Origin: an uncultured Oscillospiraceae bacterium
Lineage (GTDB): Bacteria > Bacillota > Clostridia > UMGS1883
Assembly: GCA_964442035.1 (NCBI GenBank)
Contig: CAYTWZ010000002.1
Span: 2,211-31,173, forward strand
Length of the DNA: 28,963 bases
Reading direction: 5' to 3'
In this document: piece after piece, positions 1 to 7,034 of the stretch
How the letters are laid out: each line of letters begins with the position of its first letter
Position numbering within the stretch: the first letter of the stretch is position 1
Program-made: the position numbers and the translations under genes
Notes under the pieces: model-generated
Databases searched by the model: none
Told to the model about the DNA's origin: nothing
Seen by the model: the letters and a program-made list of their open reading frames with translations, nothing else

Positions 1-21
1 TTAAAAATATATCAGAAAAAA

Positions 22-46
22 GCAGTCCCTTAGGGATTGCTTTTTT
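22..46 (+). terminator. Rho-independent terminator of a gene lying upstream of the window
   Basis: The stem GCAGTCCC (22-29) / GGGATTGC (33-40) has 8 bp including one G-U and is followed by T6 at 41-46. It is preceded by an A-run. ATATATCA (7-14) and TGATATAT (50-57) are also complementary, so the palindrome may extend further. Confidence 0.6.
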
Positions 47-65
47 CATTGATATATGGTAAAAT
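37..65 (+). promoter_or_regulatory. Sigma-A type promoter for trmO
   Basis: TTGCTT (37-42), a 17-nt spacer, and an extended -10 TGgTAAAAT (57-65). Confidence 0.45.
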
Positions 66-108
66 ATTCATAATGAACATCACAAAACAAAGACAGCGGG
101 GAGAACAG

Positions 109-816
109 ATGGAGAACACGCTTAAGGTCATAGCCAGAATACACACCGATTTTCCCGAAAAATTCGGTATACCACGCCAAAGCGGACTTGTGCCGGAAGT
201 AGAGGGACGTATCGTTTTTGAACCGTCGTTCAGAAATCCTCAGGCTCTCTTGGGCATTGAGGAGTATTCCCATATTTGGCTGTTGTGGGACTTTTCCCTT
301 GCGCATACTGAGGATTTCCGCCCTACTGTGTACCCTCCCCGGCTTGGGGGTAAGGTGAAAAAGGGCGTTTTTGCCACAAGGTCACCGTATCGGCCCAATT
401 CAATAGGACTGTCCTGCGTCAGGCTGGAAAGGGTGGAGCATGGGCTTGAGGGCCCTGTCCTTGCGGTAAGCGGGGCGGATATGCTGGACGGAACACCAAT
501 ATATGACATCAAACCGTATCTCCCTTATGCGGACAGCCGCCCGGAGGCATCAGGCGGCTTTGGACAGGAGCATATGAATGACGCGATAGCTGTGGACTTT
601 CCTCCGGATATGCTTGAGCTTTTGCCCCAAAGCAAGCGCTCCGCGGCACTTAAGGTGCTGGGACAGGACCCCAGAGCGGCATATAACAAGGGCGATGGCT
701 ATGTTTACGGAATGGAGTTTGCGGGCTTTGATATACGCTTCAGGGTAAAGGACGGACTTCTGACAGTATGCGGAGTTGTGGAAAGCACTCATGGGCAGTG
801 GGATAAGATCAAGTGA
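109..816 (+). CDS. trmO: tRNA (t6A37-N6)-methyltransferase TrmO (TsaA/YaeB family)
   Basis: The translation has the TsaA-like signature (RQSGL..., HIWLLW, ATRSPYRPNSIGLS, DGTPIYDIKPYLPYAD) plus the usual C-terminal domain. I prefer ATG 109, which has GGGGAG 5-6 nt upstream, over the TTG at 37 in the ORF track, because that TTG sits inside the upstream terminator. Confidence 0.85.
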   Translation: MENTLKVIARIHTDFPEKFGIPRQSGLVPEVEGRIVFEPSFRNPQALLGIEEYSHIWLLWDFSLAHTEDFRPTVYPPRLGGKVKKGVFATRSPYRPNSIGLSCVRLERVEHGLEGPVLAVSGADMLDGTPIYDIKPYLPYADSRPEASGGFGQEHMNDAIAVDFPPDMLELLPQSKRSAALKVLGQDPRAAYNKGDGYVYGMEFAGFDIRFRVKDGLLTVCGVVESTHGQWDKIK

Positions 817-829
817 GGTAATGAATTTT

Positions 830-2200
830 ATGATTGAAAAGCTTAAGGGTCTGTACAAGCAGTATCGGGAGCTTATTGCATATGTTATCGTTGGGGGAAT
901 GACTACAGCGGTCAATCTGGCGGTGTATTGGCTGGACAAGGAAATACTGGGCATCAGCCGCGATCCCAATGTGGTGATCGCGTGGATCGCATCGGTGATA
1001 TTTGCTTATTTTACAAATGCGCTGATCGTTTTCCGCAGCAAAAATACCGGCAGGATAAAGGAGTTTTTAAGGTTTGTGAGCAGCCGTTTGGCGTCGCTGG
1101 CGCTGGAGCTTGTGCTGATGAAGGTGTGCAATGACTTTATCGGTCTAGGAGAATGGTTGTCAAAGTACATTGTGGCAGTTGCTGTAATAGTCGCCAATTA
1201 TGTGTTGAGCAAGCTGTGGGTCTTTGCCAAACGGGAGACGGGGACTAAAAAAATGGGAAGCGCGGAAGATAAGGGCGTTATTCTTACAAAAAGCTGGGTG
1301 GTTTGCGCTCTGGCTTTTGTCTGCTGCGCACTTTGGGGCAGCGCCTTCCCTTGTGTAAAGATCGGCTACAGCCTGTTTGAAATATCGGCCTCCCACGTTG
1401 CGTCGCAGGTGCTTTTTGCCGGTGTGCGTTTCACTTTGGCGGGGGTGATGACCGTTATTATAGCCAGTATAGGGCAAAAACGACTTGTTTACCCCAAAAA
1501 CGCCGGAGAGGTAAGGGGAGTATTTAAGCTTTGTCTTTTTCAGACAGTTATACAGTATATTTTCTTTTACATAGGACTTGCCAGAACAGACGGGGTGAAA
1601 AGCTCCATCATTGAGGCATCCAACGTTTTTGTAGCCATACTTATTGCGGCGCTTGTATTTAAGATCGAAAAGCTGACAGCGGTCAAGGTGATAGGCTGCA
1701 TTGTGGGCTTTGCCGGAGTTGTGCTGATAAACTTAGGCAGCGGCGGCTTTGACGCCAGCATGAGCCTGCTGGGCGAGGGATGTATTTTCCTGTCTACGTT
1801 TTCCTATGCAATTTCCTCTGTGGTAATGAAGTCTTACTCCCAAAAATACGATACCGTGATGATGAGCGGGTGGCAGTTCCTTTTGGGCGGAGTGATACTT
1901 ACCTTGGCCGGACTTGCTTTTGGGGGAGGACTGCCGGTGGTATCATCTCAGGGACTGGCTATGCTTTTTTATCTGGCCTTTGTGTCGGCGGCGGCTTATT
2001 CACTTTGGGCGGTCCTGCTCAAGTACAATTCCGTGTCCAGAGTGTGCGTGTACGGCTTTATGAATCCTATATGCGGAGTTCTGCTTTCCACCTTGCTGCT
2101 TAATGAAAGGGGAAGCTTCGGACTTAAGGGACTTGTATCGCTGGCACTGGTTTGTATCGGCATATACATCGTAAACCGTCAGGAAGCAAAATTATGTTGA
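830..2200 (+). CDS. Fused GtrA-like domain and EamA/DMT-family transporter (10-TM permease)
   Basis: The first ~140 aa resemble a GtrA-family 4-TM protein (YVIVGGMTTAVNLAVYW...ANYVLSKLWVF). The rest resembles a duplicated EamA transporter. The frame is open throughout. The start is ATG 830 (GAGGT 10 nt upstream) or ATG 821. An internal ATG at 1253 with GGGGA 8 nt upstream could also start a stand-alone EamA product. Confidence 0.75.
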   Translation: MIEKLKGLYKQYRELIAYVIVGGMTTAVNLAVYWLDKEILGISRDPNVVIAWIASVIFAYFTNALIVFRSKNTGRIKEFLRFVSSRLASLALELVLMKVCNDFIGLGEWLSKYIVAVAVIVANYVLSKLWVFAKRETGTKKMGSAEDKGVILTKSWVVCALAFVCCALWGSAFPCVKIGYSLFEISASHVASQVLFAGVRFTLAGVMTVIIASIGQKRLVYPKNAGEVRGVFKLCLFQTVIQYIFFYIGLARTDGVKSSIIEASNVFVAILIAALVFKIEKLTAVKVIGCIVGFAGVVLINLGSGGFDASMSLLGEGCIFLSTFSYAISSVVMKSYSQKYDTVMMSGWQFLLGGVILTLAGLAFGGGLPVVSSQGLAMLFYLAFVSAAAYSLWAVLLKYNSVSRVCVYGFMNPICGVLLSTLLLNERGSFGLKGLVSLALVCIGIYIVNRQEAKLC

Positions 2201-2224
2201 CATTGGCGCGTTTTGGTGTATAAT
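2197..2224 (+). promoter_or_regulatory. Sigma-A promoter of the BY-kinase/phosphatase operon
   Basis: TTGACA (2197-2202, overlapping the TGA stop of the previous gene), a 16-nt spacer, and TATAAT (2219-2224). This leaves a ~140-nt 5' UTR. Confidence 0.6.
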
Positions 2225-2229
2225 TAAAG

Positions 2230-2323
2230 TAAGGGATTTTTGAATAATTTGCGCTTGCGGCTTAGAACAACTCTTGAGGTTATTTTACTTACAATCAGCG
2301 TTTTAGAATTAATCAGGGCTTCC
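2230..2323 (+). repeat. Short-form copy (R1) of an imperfect-palindromic intergenic element family
   Basis: The left arm 2230-2276 matches 27572-27618 at 35 of 47 positions by my hand alignment. The right arm CAATCAGCGTTTTAGAATTAATCAGGGCTTCC (2292-2323) matches 27709-27740 and the reverse complement of 24476-24507. The central ~80 nt present in the two long copies is absent. Confidence 0.6.
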
Positions 2324-2367
2324 TTAGGATAAATTATAGGGAAAATTATTCCGGGAGATGATAATTT

Positions 2368-3675
2368 ATGGATGAGTATATGGATGAACTTGACGAAACA
2401 ACTATTGATATAAAGAAAATATTTTTGGTTTTGTTTAAAAGTATGCCGGTGATACTTATTGTGACGCTTGTCTGCGGGGCTGCGGCCTATATTTACAGCA
2501 GCCGCTTCATGACTCCGGTATACTCTGCCCGGGTGCGTCTGTACGTAAACAATCAGCAGGGAGATTCGCAGAAAGTGCAGAACTCAGATATCGCAACGGC
2601 CAATTCCCTTGTGCACGGATATGTGGCAATGATAACTACTGACAAGGTACTTCAGGAGGTAGCCTCCAATATCAATCTGGACTATTCAGCCGAACAGCTG
2701 GCATCCATGATAAGCGCCGAGGGTATTGAGGACACGTCTGTGTTTGTGGTGACGGTTCGAAGCACCAACCCACAGCATGCCCAGCAGATCGCCAATGTTG
2801 TTGCAGAAACAGCACCTCCCCTTATACAGGATATCGTCAAGGGTAGCACTGAGATCATTGACCGGGCAAGCCTACCAAAAACACCGGACTCACCCAATGT
2901 TCTTAAGATCAGCCTTATCGGTATGATCATAGGCTTTGCCGCCGGGGTAGTCGGGGTACTTCTGAAGGACAAATTTGACGTTCGGGTCAAAAGCAGTGCC
3001 ATACTTACTGAAAAATTTGATCTGCCTGTGCTGTCTGAGGCCGATAGCTGCGCCGATGATCCTCTTGAGGGCGGCGAAGCCTACAAAAGGATCAATTCCG
3101 GCATTCGGTTTTCACTTCCAAGACGAAAATGCCGGGTTATTGGTGTAACAAGTGCTGTTAACGGTGAAGGAAAAAGTTTTACCGCATCCCGTATGGCTGC
3201 GGAAGCTGCCCGTGCAGGAAATAAAACCCTGCTTATAGATGGTGACATGAGTGGTCATGGCTTAGGTGCGGCATTTGGTTTTGACAAAGGTAATGGACTG
3301 AGCAATGTTATCGCCGGGGATGAGAACTGCGAAGCAGCGGCATTGCATACAGCTGTCAGCAAGAACCTTGATGTAATAACAGGGGGAGATATTCCGCCTA
3401 ATCCGGAGGAGCTGCTTGCCAGCCCCGAAATGAAGTCTATTGTTGAAGGCTATAGGAATGATTACAGCTATATTATAATAGACATGCCTCCCGTGTCTCG
3501 GCAGACAGCGGAAGCGGCAGCCTCTGCAATGGATGGGATAGTCATGGTGGTGCGCGCACGCAAAACCGGCGCTGATGTGATTTCCGATGCATTGAAGTGG
3601 CTTGCCGACGCGGGTGCAAAAAATCTTGGCTTTGTATTCAATGACCCTGTCAAAACCAATGATTTAAAAGGATAA
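2368..3675 (+). CDS. Fused Wzz/chain-length-determinant domain and CpsD/YwqD-like P-loop (BY-kinase family) protein
   Basis: The N-terminal part is a two-TM Wzz-like region. The C-terminal part has Walker A SAVNGEGKS, Walker A'-like LLIDGDMSG, Walker B IIIDMPP, and the PPNPEELL motif. The start ATG is preceded by GGGAGA with a 9-nt spacer. Confidence 0.8.
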   Translation: MDEYMDELDETTIDIKKIFLVLFKSMPVILIVTLVCGAAAYIYSSRFMTPVYSARVRLYVNNQQGDSQKVQNSDIATANSLVHGYVAMITTDKVLQEVASNINLDYSAEQLASMISAEGIEDTSVFVVTVRSTNPQHAQQIANVVAETAPPLIQDIVKGSTEIIDRASLPKTPDSPNVLKISLIGMIIGFAAGVVGVLLKDKFDVRVKSSAILTEKFDLPVLSEADSCADDPLEGGEAYKRINSGIRFSLPRRKCRVIGVTSAVNGEGKSFTASRMAAEAARAGNKTLLIDGDMSGHGLGAAFGFDKGNGLSNVIAGDENCEAAALHTAVSKNLDVITGGDIPPNPEELLASPEMKSIVEGYRNDYSYIIIDMPPVSRQTAEAAASAMDGIVMVVRARKTGADVISDALKWLADAGAKNLGFVFNDPVKTNDLKG

Positions 3676-3688
3676 AGTGAGGTACACT

Positions 3689-4417
3689 ATGGACTATAAG
3701 CTGATTGATTTTCATACACATATTCTGCCCGGCATTGACGATGGAAGCAAAAATGCGGAAACGTCGGTCAAAATGCTCAAAAGACTGGAAGAACAGGGTG
3801 TAAGCGATGTTGTACTAAGCTCCCACTTTTACGCCTCCCAGAACAGCATTGAGGAATTTGCACTCCGGCGAGAAAAAAGCCTCGGCCGTCTTTTGGAAGA
3901 GCTTGATAAGACTCCCGTAAATATCAGGCTTCACCTTGGGGCGGAGATATTGTTCATGGATTACATTGACCGGGTAGAGGGCCTTAGTGAGCTTGCCATA
4001 GGCAAAACCAAATATATTCTGTTGGAGATGCCCTTTGTCAAGTGGAGCGAAAGGATGCTGGGAACAGTCTACAAGGTCATAGGCAACGGCTACATTCCTG
4101 TTATTGCCCACTTTGAGCGCTACATTCCCATACAGGGAAAGCTGGATTATATATATGAGCTAAAACGTATGGGCTGCATACTTCAGATGAATGCCGGCAA
4201 TTTTAAAGGCTTTTTCCGGAAGGGGAAGGCGTTGAAGTTTTTTGAAGATAATACTGCATCGCTTTTAGGAACAGACTGCCACAATCTGGACAGCCGACCT
4301 CCCGAGCTGAAGGCGGCCTATGAAGCAATAGGCCAGAAGCTTGGGGAAGATGAACTTCGGCGCATAAGCGCTGTAGGGGAAAAAATCCTCGAAAATTCCC
4401 GGACAGTGTATAACTAA
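3689..4417 (+). CDS. PHP-family protein-tyrosine phosphatase (CpsB/YwqE type)
   Basis: The N-terminal sequence is LIDFHTHILPGIDDG, with SSHFY, HFERY and GTDCHN metal-site motifs. I prefer ATG 3689 (GTGAGGT upstream) over GTG 3677. Confidence 0.85.
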   Translation: MDYKLIDFHTHILPGIDDGSKNAETSVKMLKRLEEQGVSDVVLSSHFYASQNSIEEFALRREKSLGRLLEELDKTPVNIRLHLGAEILFMDYIDRVEGLSELAIGKTKYILLEMPFVKWSERMLGTVYKVIGNGYIPVIAHFERYIPIQGKLDYIYELKRMGCILQMNAGNFKGFFRKGKALKFFEDNTASLLGTDCHNLDSRPPELKAAYEAIGQKLGEDELRRISAVGEKILENSRTVYN

Positions 4418-4544
4418 ACGAAAGATGTCCCCCGTTGGCGGGCGATCCTTTCGTTTTCGGGGAGATCAATCTCCCACCGAAAACGCCCCATGACGGGCTT
4501 TCAGCCCTTATTGAACTAAAAACAGGAGAACATTCGGTGGGAGA
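4409..4544 (+). promoter_or_regulatory. Conserved structured intercistronic element, copy A (candidate attenuator or cis-regulatory RNA)
   Basis: 4409-4513 aligns with 25391-25499, including identical 20-nt and 19-nt blocks. Pairings are P1 4416-4424/4448-4456, hairpin 4452-4466/4470-4485, and hairpin 4495-4507 followed by TTATTG. There is also a perfect 12-nt complement between 4470-4481 and 4533-4544. Confidence 0.55.
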
Positions 4545-4577
4545 AAGGCTTTGTATTTTTAAAAGGAGGTATTTGAC

Positions 4578-5339
4578 ATGGGTGACGATTTTACCCTCAG
4601 TGACAAGCAAATTCGTGAAAACCGAAATCGGGAGTACCGCAAAGATCCGCCGGAGCTTATCTTAGTCATAATATGCGTGGCCGCTGTAGTGACGGGTGTG
4701 TTTTTCCCGGGGGAAATGTATGATTCGGTGTTTGGTACCGAGCTTATACTCAGCAATCTCATCCGCGTGTTCTTGGCTGTACTTGGTTTTATATTCGGAG
4801 TGCGAATTATTGTTCCTAACCATAAGATCACTTATATTTTTGGCGGAATAGTGATTCTTGTGTCCGTCATACTGGCCTTTTCTGCTACGCCTGAGGCCAT
4901 GATTGCGTTTGCGATGGGCTTCGCGTCTATGATCGTATCTGCGGCAAGACCGTCGGTGCTTGTAATTACGGCAGCTGCTGTGATACTTGTGGAAATAATA
5001 AAGCGGCTGTATATTATATTCGGCCCCGGACAAAAGGCTTCCCGTGGGGGAAAGGTATTGACCCGTGTATCTGCAATCTTGGGCGGGCTTTCCATATTTA
5101 TTGCGCTGCTGATGCCTATGGTCGATCAGGAGTATCCCGGCATGGCAACGGTCGTGCTTTGGATAGTTGGGCTGATATGCGCCGCCGGCGGGTTTATTAC
5201 AGGAGTTGTTGTAAAGCAGCCGTCATATAATACCGGGGACTGGCTCCGGCTCATAGCTTCAGCGGTGGGTATGGGAATACTGCTTTCCTGTATTACTACA
5301 ATATTCGGCCTCCCCGTGCTCGACTTTATGAGGTGGTAA
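4578..5339 (+). CDS. Polytopic membrane protein of unknown family (~7 predicted TM helices)
   Basis: The ATG at 4578 has a strong SD AAAGGAGGT 7 nt upstream. The sequence has hydrophobic segments throughout. I recognise no motif in it. Confidence 0.6.
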   Translation: MGDDFTLSDKQIRENRNREYRKDPPELILVIICVAAVVTGVFFPGEMYDSVFGTELILSNLIRVFLAVLGFIFGVRIIVPNHKITYIFGGIVILVSVILAFSATPEAMIAFAMGFASMIVSAARPSVLVITAAAVILVEIIKRLYIIFGPGQKASRGGKVLTRVSAILGGLSIFIALLMPMVDQEYPGMATVVLWIVGLICAAGGFITGVVVKQPSYNTGDWLRLIASAVGMGILLSCITTIFGLPVLDFMRW

Positions 5340-5427
5340 GGAATAATAAAAGACTTCCTTTCGGACTCTTGAGATAAGGTCTGAATTGAATACTAAAAAA
5401 CTTTGTTTATTAAGCCGCAAATGAACA

Positions 5428-5469
5428 GACCCCCAAAGGTTAGACCTGAAAATCTAACTTTTGGGGGTC
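5428..5469. terminator. Long hairpin between convergent genes
   Basis: GACCCCCAAAGGTTAGA (5428-5444) pairs with TCTAACTTTTGGGGGTC (5453-5469), giving a 17-bp stem with one mismatch and an 8-nt loop. There is no clean U-tract on either strand. Confidence 0.5.
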
Positions 5470-5501
5470 ACGTCATCTGATAGGGAGTATTTTATTGCCT
5501 G

Positions 5502-7034
5502 TTATTTAAAATACGCCAGCGCTGTCTGCATCTGTATGTCAACTACCTTGTTCATATTGTATTCGTAGTCGTTCAGCGCCATGGCTGTGTAGAAATCTAC
5601 CTCACCGGTGATCTCGATTTCGCTGTACCGCTGGAATACCCTTACAGCCGCCTCAGTGCGGCTGTTGTATATTCCGTCCACTTCGCTGTCGGCCAGCAGC
5701 TTGAGGGCGTTAAGCCTTTGCTCCACCCCAAGCCTTGTGCTGTCGGACTCCAGCATGTCTGGGGCAAGTAATATGTCTGCAAAATCCTCCTCATTTACGG
5801 GAGAAACCTCGTTTTCAACCGCGTAATCCGGGGTAAGTCCTGTGCCGTGGATGCGCTGATCGGAGGGGCTGTAATATTCGCCTATCGTGAACTTCAGCCC
5901 GCTGCCTGTGGGGGTATGCATTATTACCTGCATACAGCCCTTGCCAAAGGTTTTGGTTCCCATCAGCTTTGCGGCATTGCGGCTTTGAAGAGCCATTGCC
6001 AGAAATTCGCTGGCGGATGCGGTGTTTTCGTTTACAAGCACCAGCATTTCGTAGCCCGGAGCGTTGTAGTTTTCGGAGTACAGATCCACATTGTTTGCTT
6101 CATCCCGATATTTGAGCTTGCCGATAATTCCGGCTGAGATCAGCTTACGGGCTACCTCAATGGCCGCGTCGATATCTCCGCCTCCGTTGTCCCTCAGATC
6201 GATTATAACATTGTTTATGCCCTGATTTTTGAGCTGGTCAATGTAGCCGTCAAAGTCCTCAGGCAGAGATGCGGTGAAGGAGTCAACATCGATGTAACCG
6301 ATTTTGCGCCCGGCCTCGTTTTCAATGATATCCATGGTGGAATGACTTTCGGTGACCTTTTGGCGTACAGCACGTACATACAAGAGCTCATCGCCGCGAA
6401 CAATGCCTATATCCACAAAGGTGCCTTCCTCGCCAATGATCAGCTCGCGTGTGGCGGCAGGCTCGTAATTGGAGGTGTCAACTCCGTCCACCGATACGAT
6501 CTGATCGCCTACCTGAATGCCGGCCATCTCGGCTGAGCTGCCGGAAAACACATTCTCGATAACTGTGCCGCCCTTTTGTATAGTCATAGTTACACCTATG
6601 CCGTAAAATGAGGCATTGTAGTAATCAAGCTGCTGGGAGTAGAGCTCGGGAGGGTAATACTCCGCATACTCATCCCCAAGGGTCTTTACCATAGTTTCAA
6701 GGGCAAGATCAATGTCAAACCGACCACCGTTGTCAATGGTGGCACAGATCACGTTGTAAAGCAGGTTTTCGTCAGACACTCCGTAATAGTAGTTGTCGGC
6801 CAAAAGGTGGGCGTAATCCCTGATAAGGTTCTTTTGGCGGAATGCGGAAAGGGCATTTTTGAGCTTGGGATTGTCACTCTCTATTTCTGTGCTTTCCGTA
6901 ATTGCTGGAGTATCCGCCTCGGCTTCTTCGGTAGCGGTAGGTGTGTTGACCTCCGTGCTTGCGGGGCTCTCGGCCAAGACAGGGGTAAAAATCAGCGTCA
7001 GCGCCAGCAGCAGTGATAAAAGTTTGTTTTTCAT
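5502..7034 (-). CDS. S41 family C-terminal processing peptidase with PDZ domain and C-terminal peptidoglycan-binding domain
   Basis: It has a signal peptide, a PDZ region (GIQVGDQIVSVDG), the S41 core (DLRDNGGG...NENTASASE...TFGKG), and a PG_binding_1-like tail (GIYNSRTEAAVRVFQ). Its ATG overlaps the upstream stop as ATGA. Confidence 0.9.
   Translation of the reverse strand: MKNKLLSLLLALTLIFTPVLAESPASTEVNTPTATEEAEADTPAITESTEIESDNPKLKNALSAFRQKNLIRDYAHLLADNYYYGVSDENLLYNVICATIDNGGRFDIDLALETMVKTLGDEYAEYYPPELYSQQLDYYNASFYGIGVTMTIQKGGTVIENVFSGSSAEMAGIQVGDQIVSVDGVDTSNYEPAATRELIIGEEGTFVDIGIVRGDELLYVRAVRQKVTESHSTMDIIENEAGRKIGYIDVDSFTASLPEDFDGYIDQLKNQGINNVIIDLRDNGGGDIDAAIEVARKLISAGIIGKLKYRDEANNVDLYSENYNAPGYEMLVLVNENTASASEFLAMALQSRNAAKLMGTKTFGKGCMQVIMHTPTGSGLKFTIGEYYSPSDQRIHGTGLTPDYAVENEVSPVNEEDFADILLAPDMLESDSTRLGVEQRLNALKLLADSEVDGIYNSRTEAAVRVFQRYSEIEITGEVDFYTAMALNDYEYNMNKVVDIQMQTALAYFK

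Noticed and set aside
37-108. TTG 37 or ATG 73 as the trmO start.
   Set aside because: TTG 37 lies inside the upstream terminator stem and the predicted promoter. The conserved TsaA domain begins right after ATG 109, which has a GGGGAG SD.
4409-4513. Assignment of the duplicated structured element to a known riboswitch or leader class.
   Set aside because: From memory, I could not superimpose any consensus feature of the c-di-AMP (ydaO), c-di-GMP I/II, ykkC/guanidine, yybP-ykoY, M-box, czcD, crcB, pfl/ZTP, THF, preQ1, glycine, SAM, cobalamin or T-box classes. This is only a memory-based comparison and needs cmscan.
4435-4665. A 76-aa ORF covering structured element A. A 22-aa ORF also starts at the conserved ATG 4425.
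   Set aside because: The similarity to copy B jumps between reading frames because of indels, and the peptides are not conserved (MSPVGGRSFRF... versus MFPTIWAVSDPF...). The ORF also overlaps the well-supported start of the membrane protein gene at 4578.
5395-5427. A possible fourth, fragmentary copy of the palindromic element (TTTGTTTATTAAGCCGCAAATGAAC resembles the GTTGTTCTAAGCCGCAAGCGCAAATTATTC arm of R1 read in reverse).
   Set aside because: Only ~25 nt match, with a gap, in AT-rich sequence, and the rest of the intergenic region does not align. It is too short to call without statistics.
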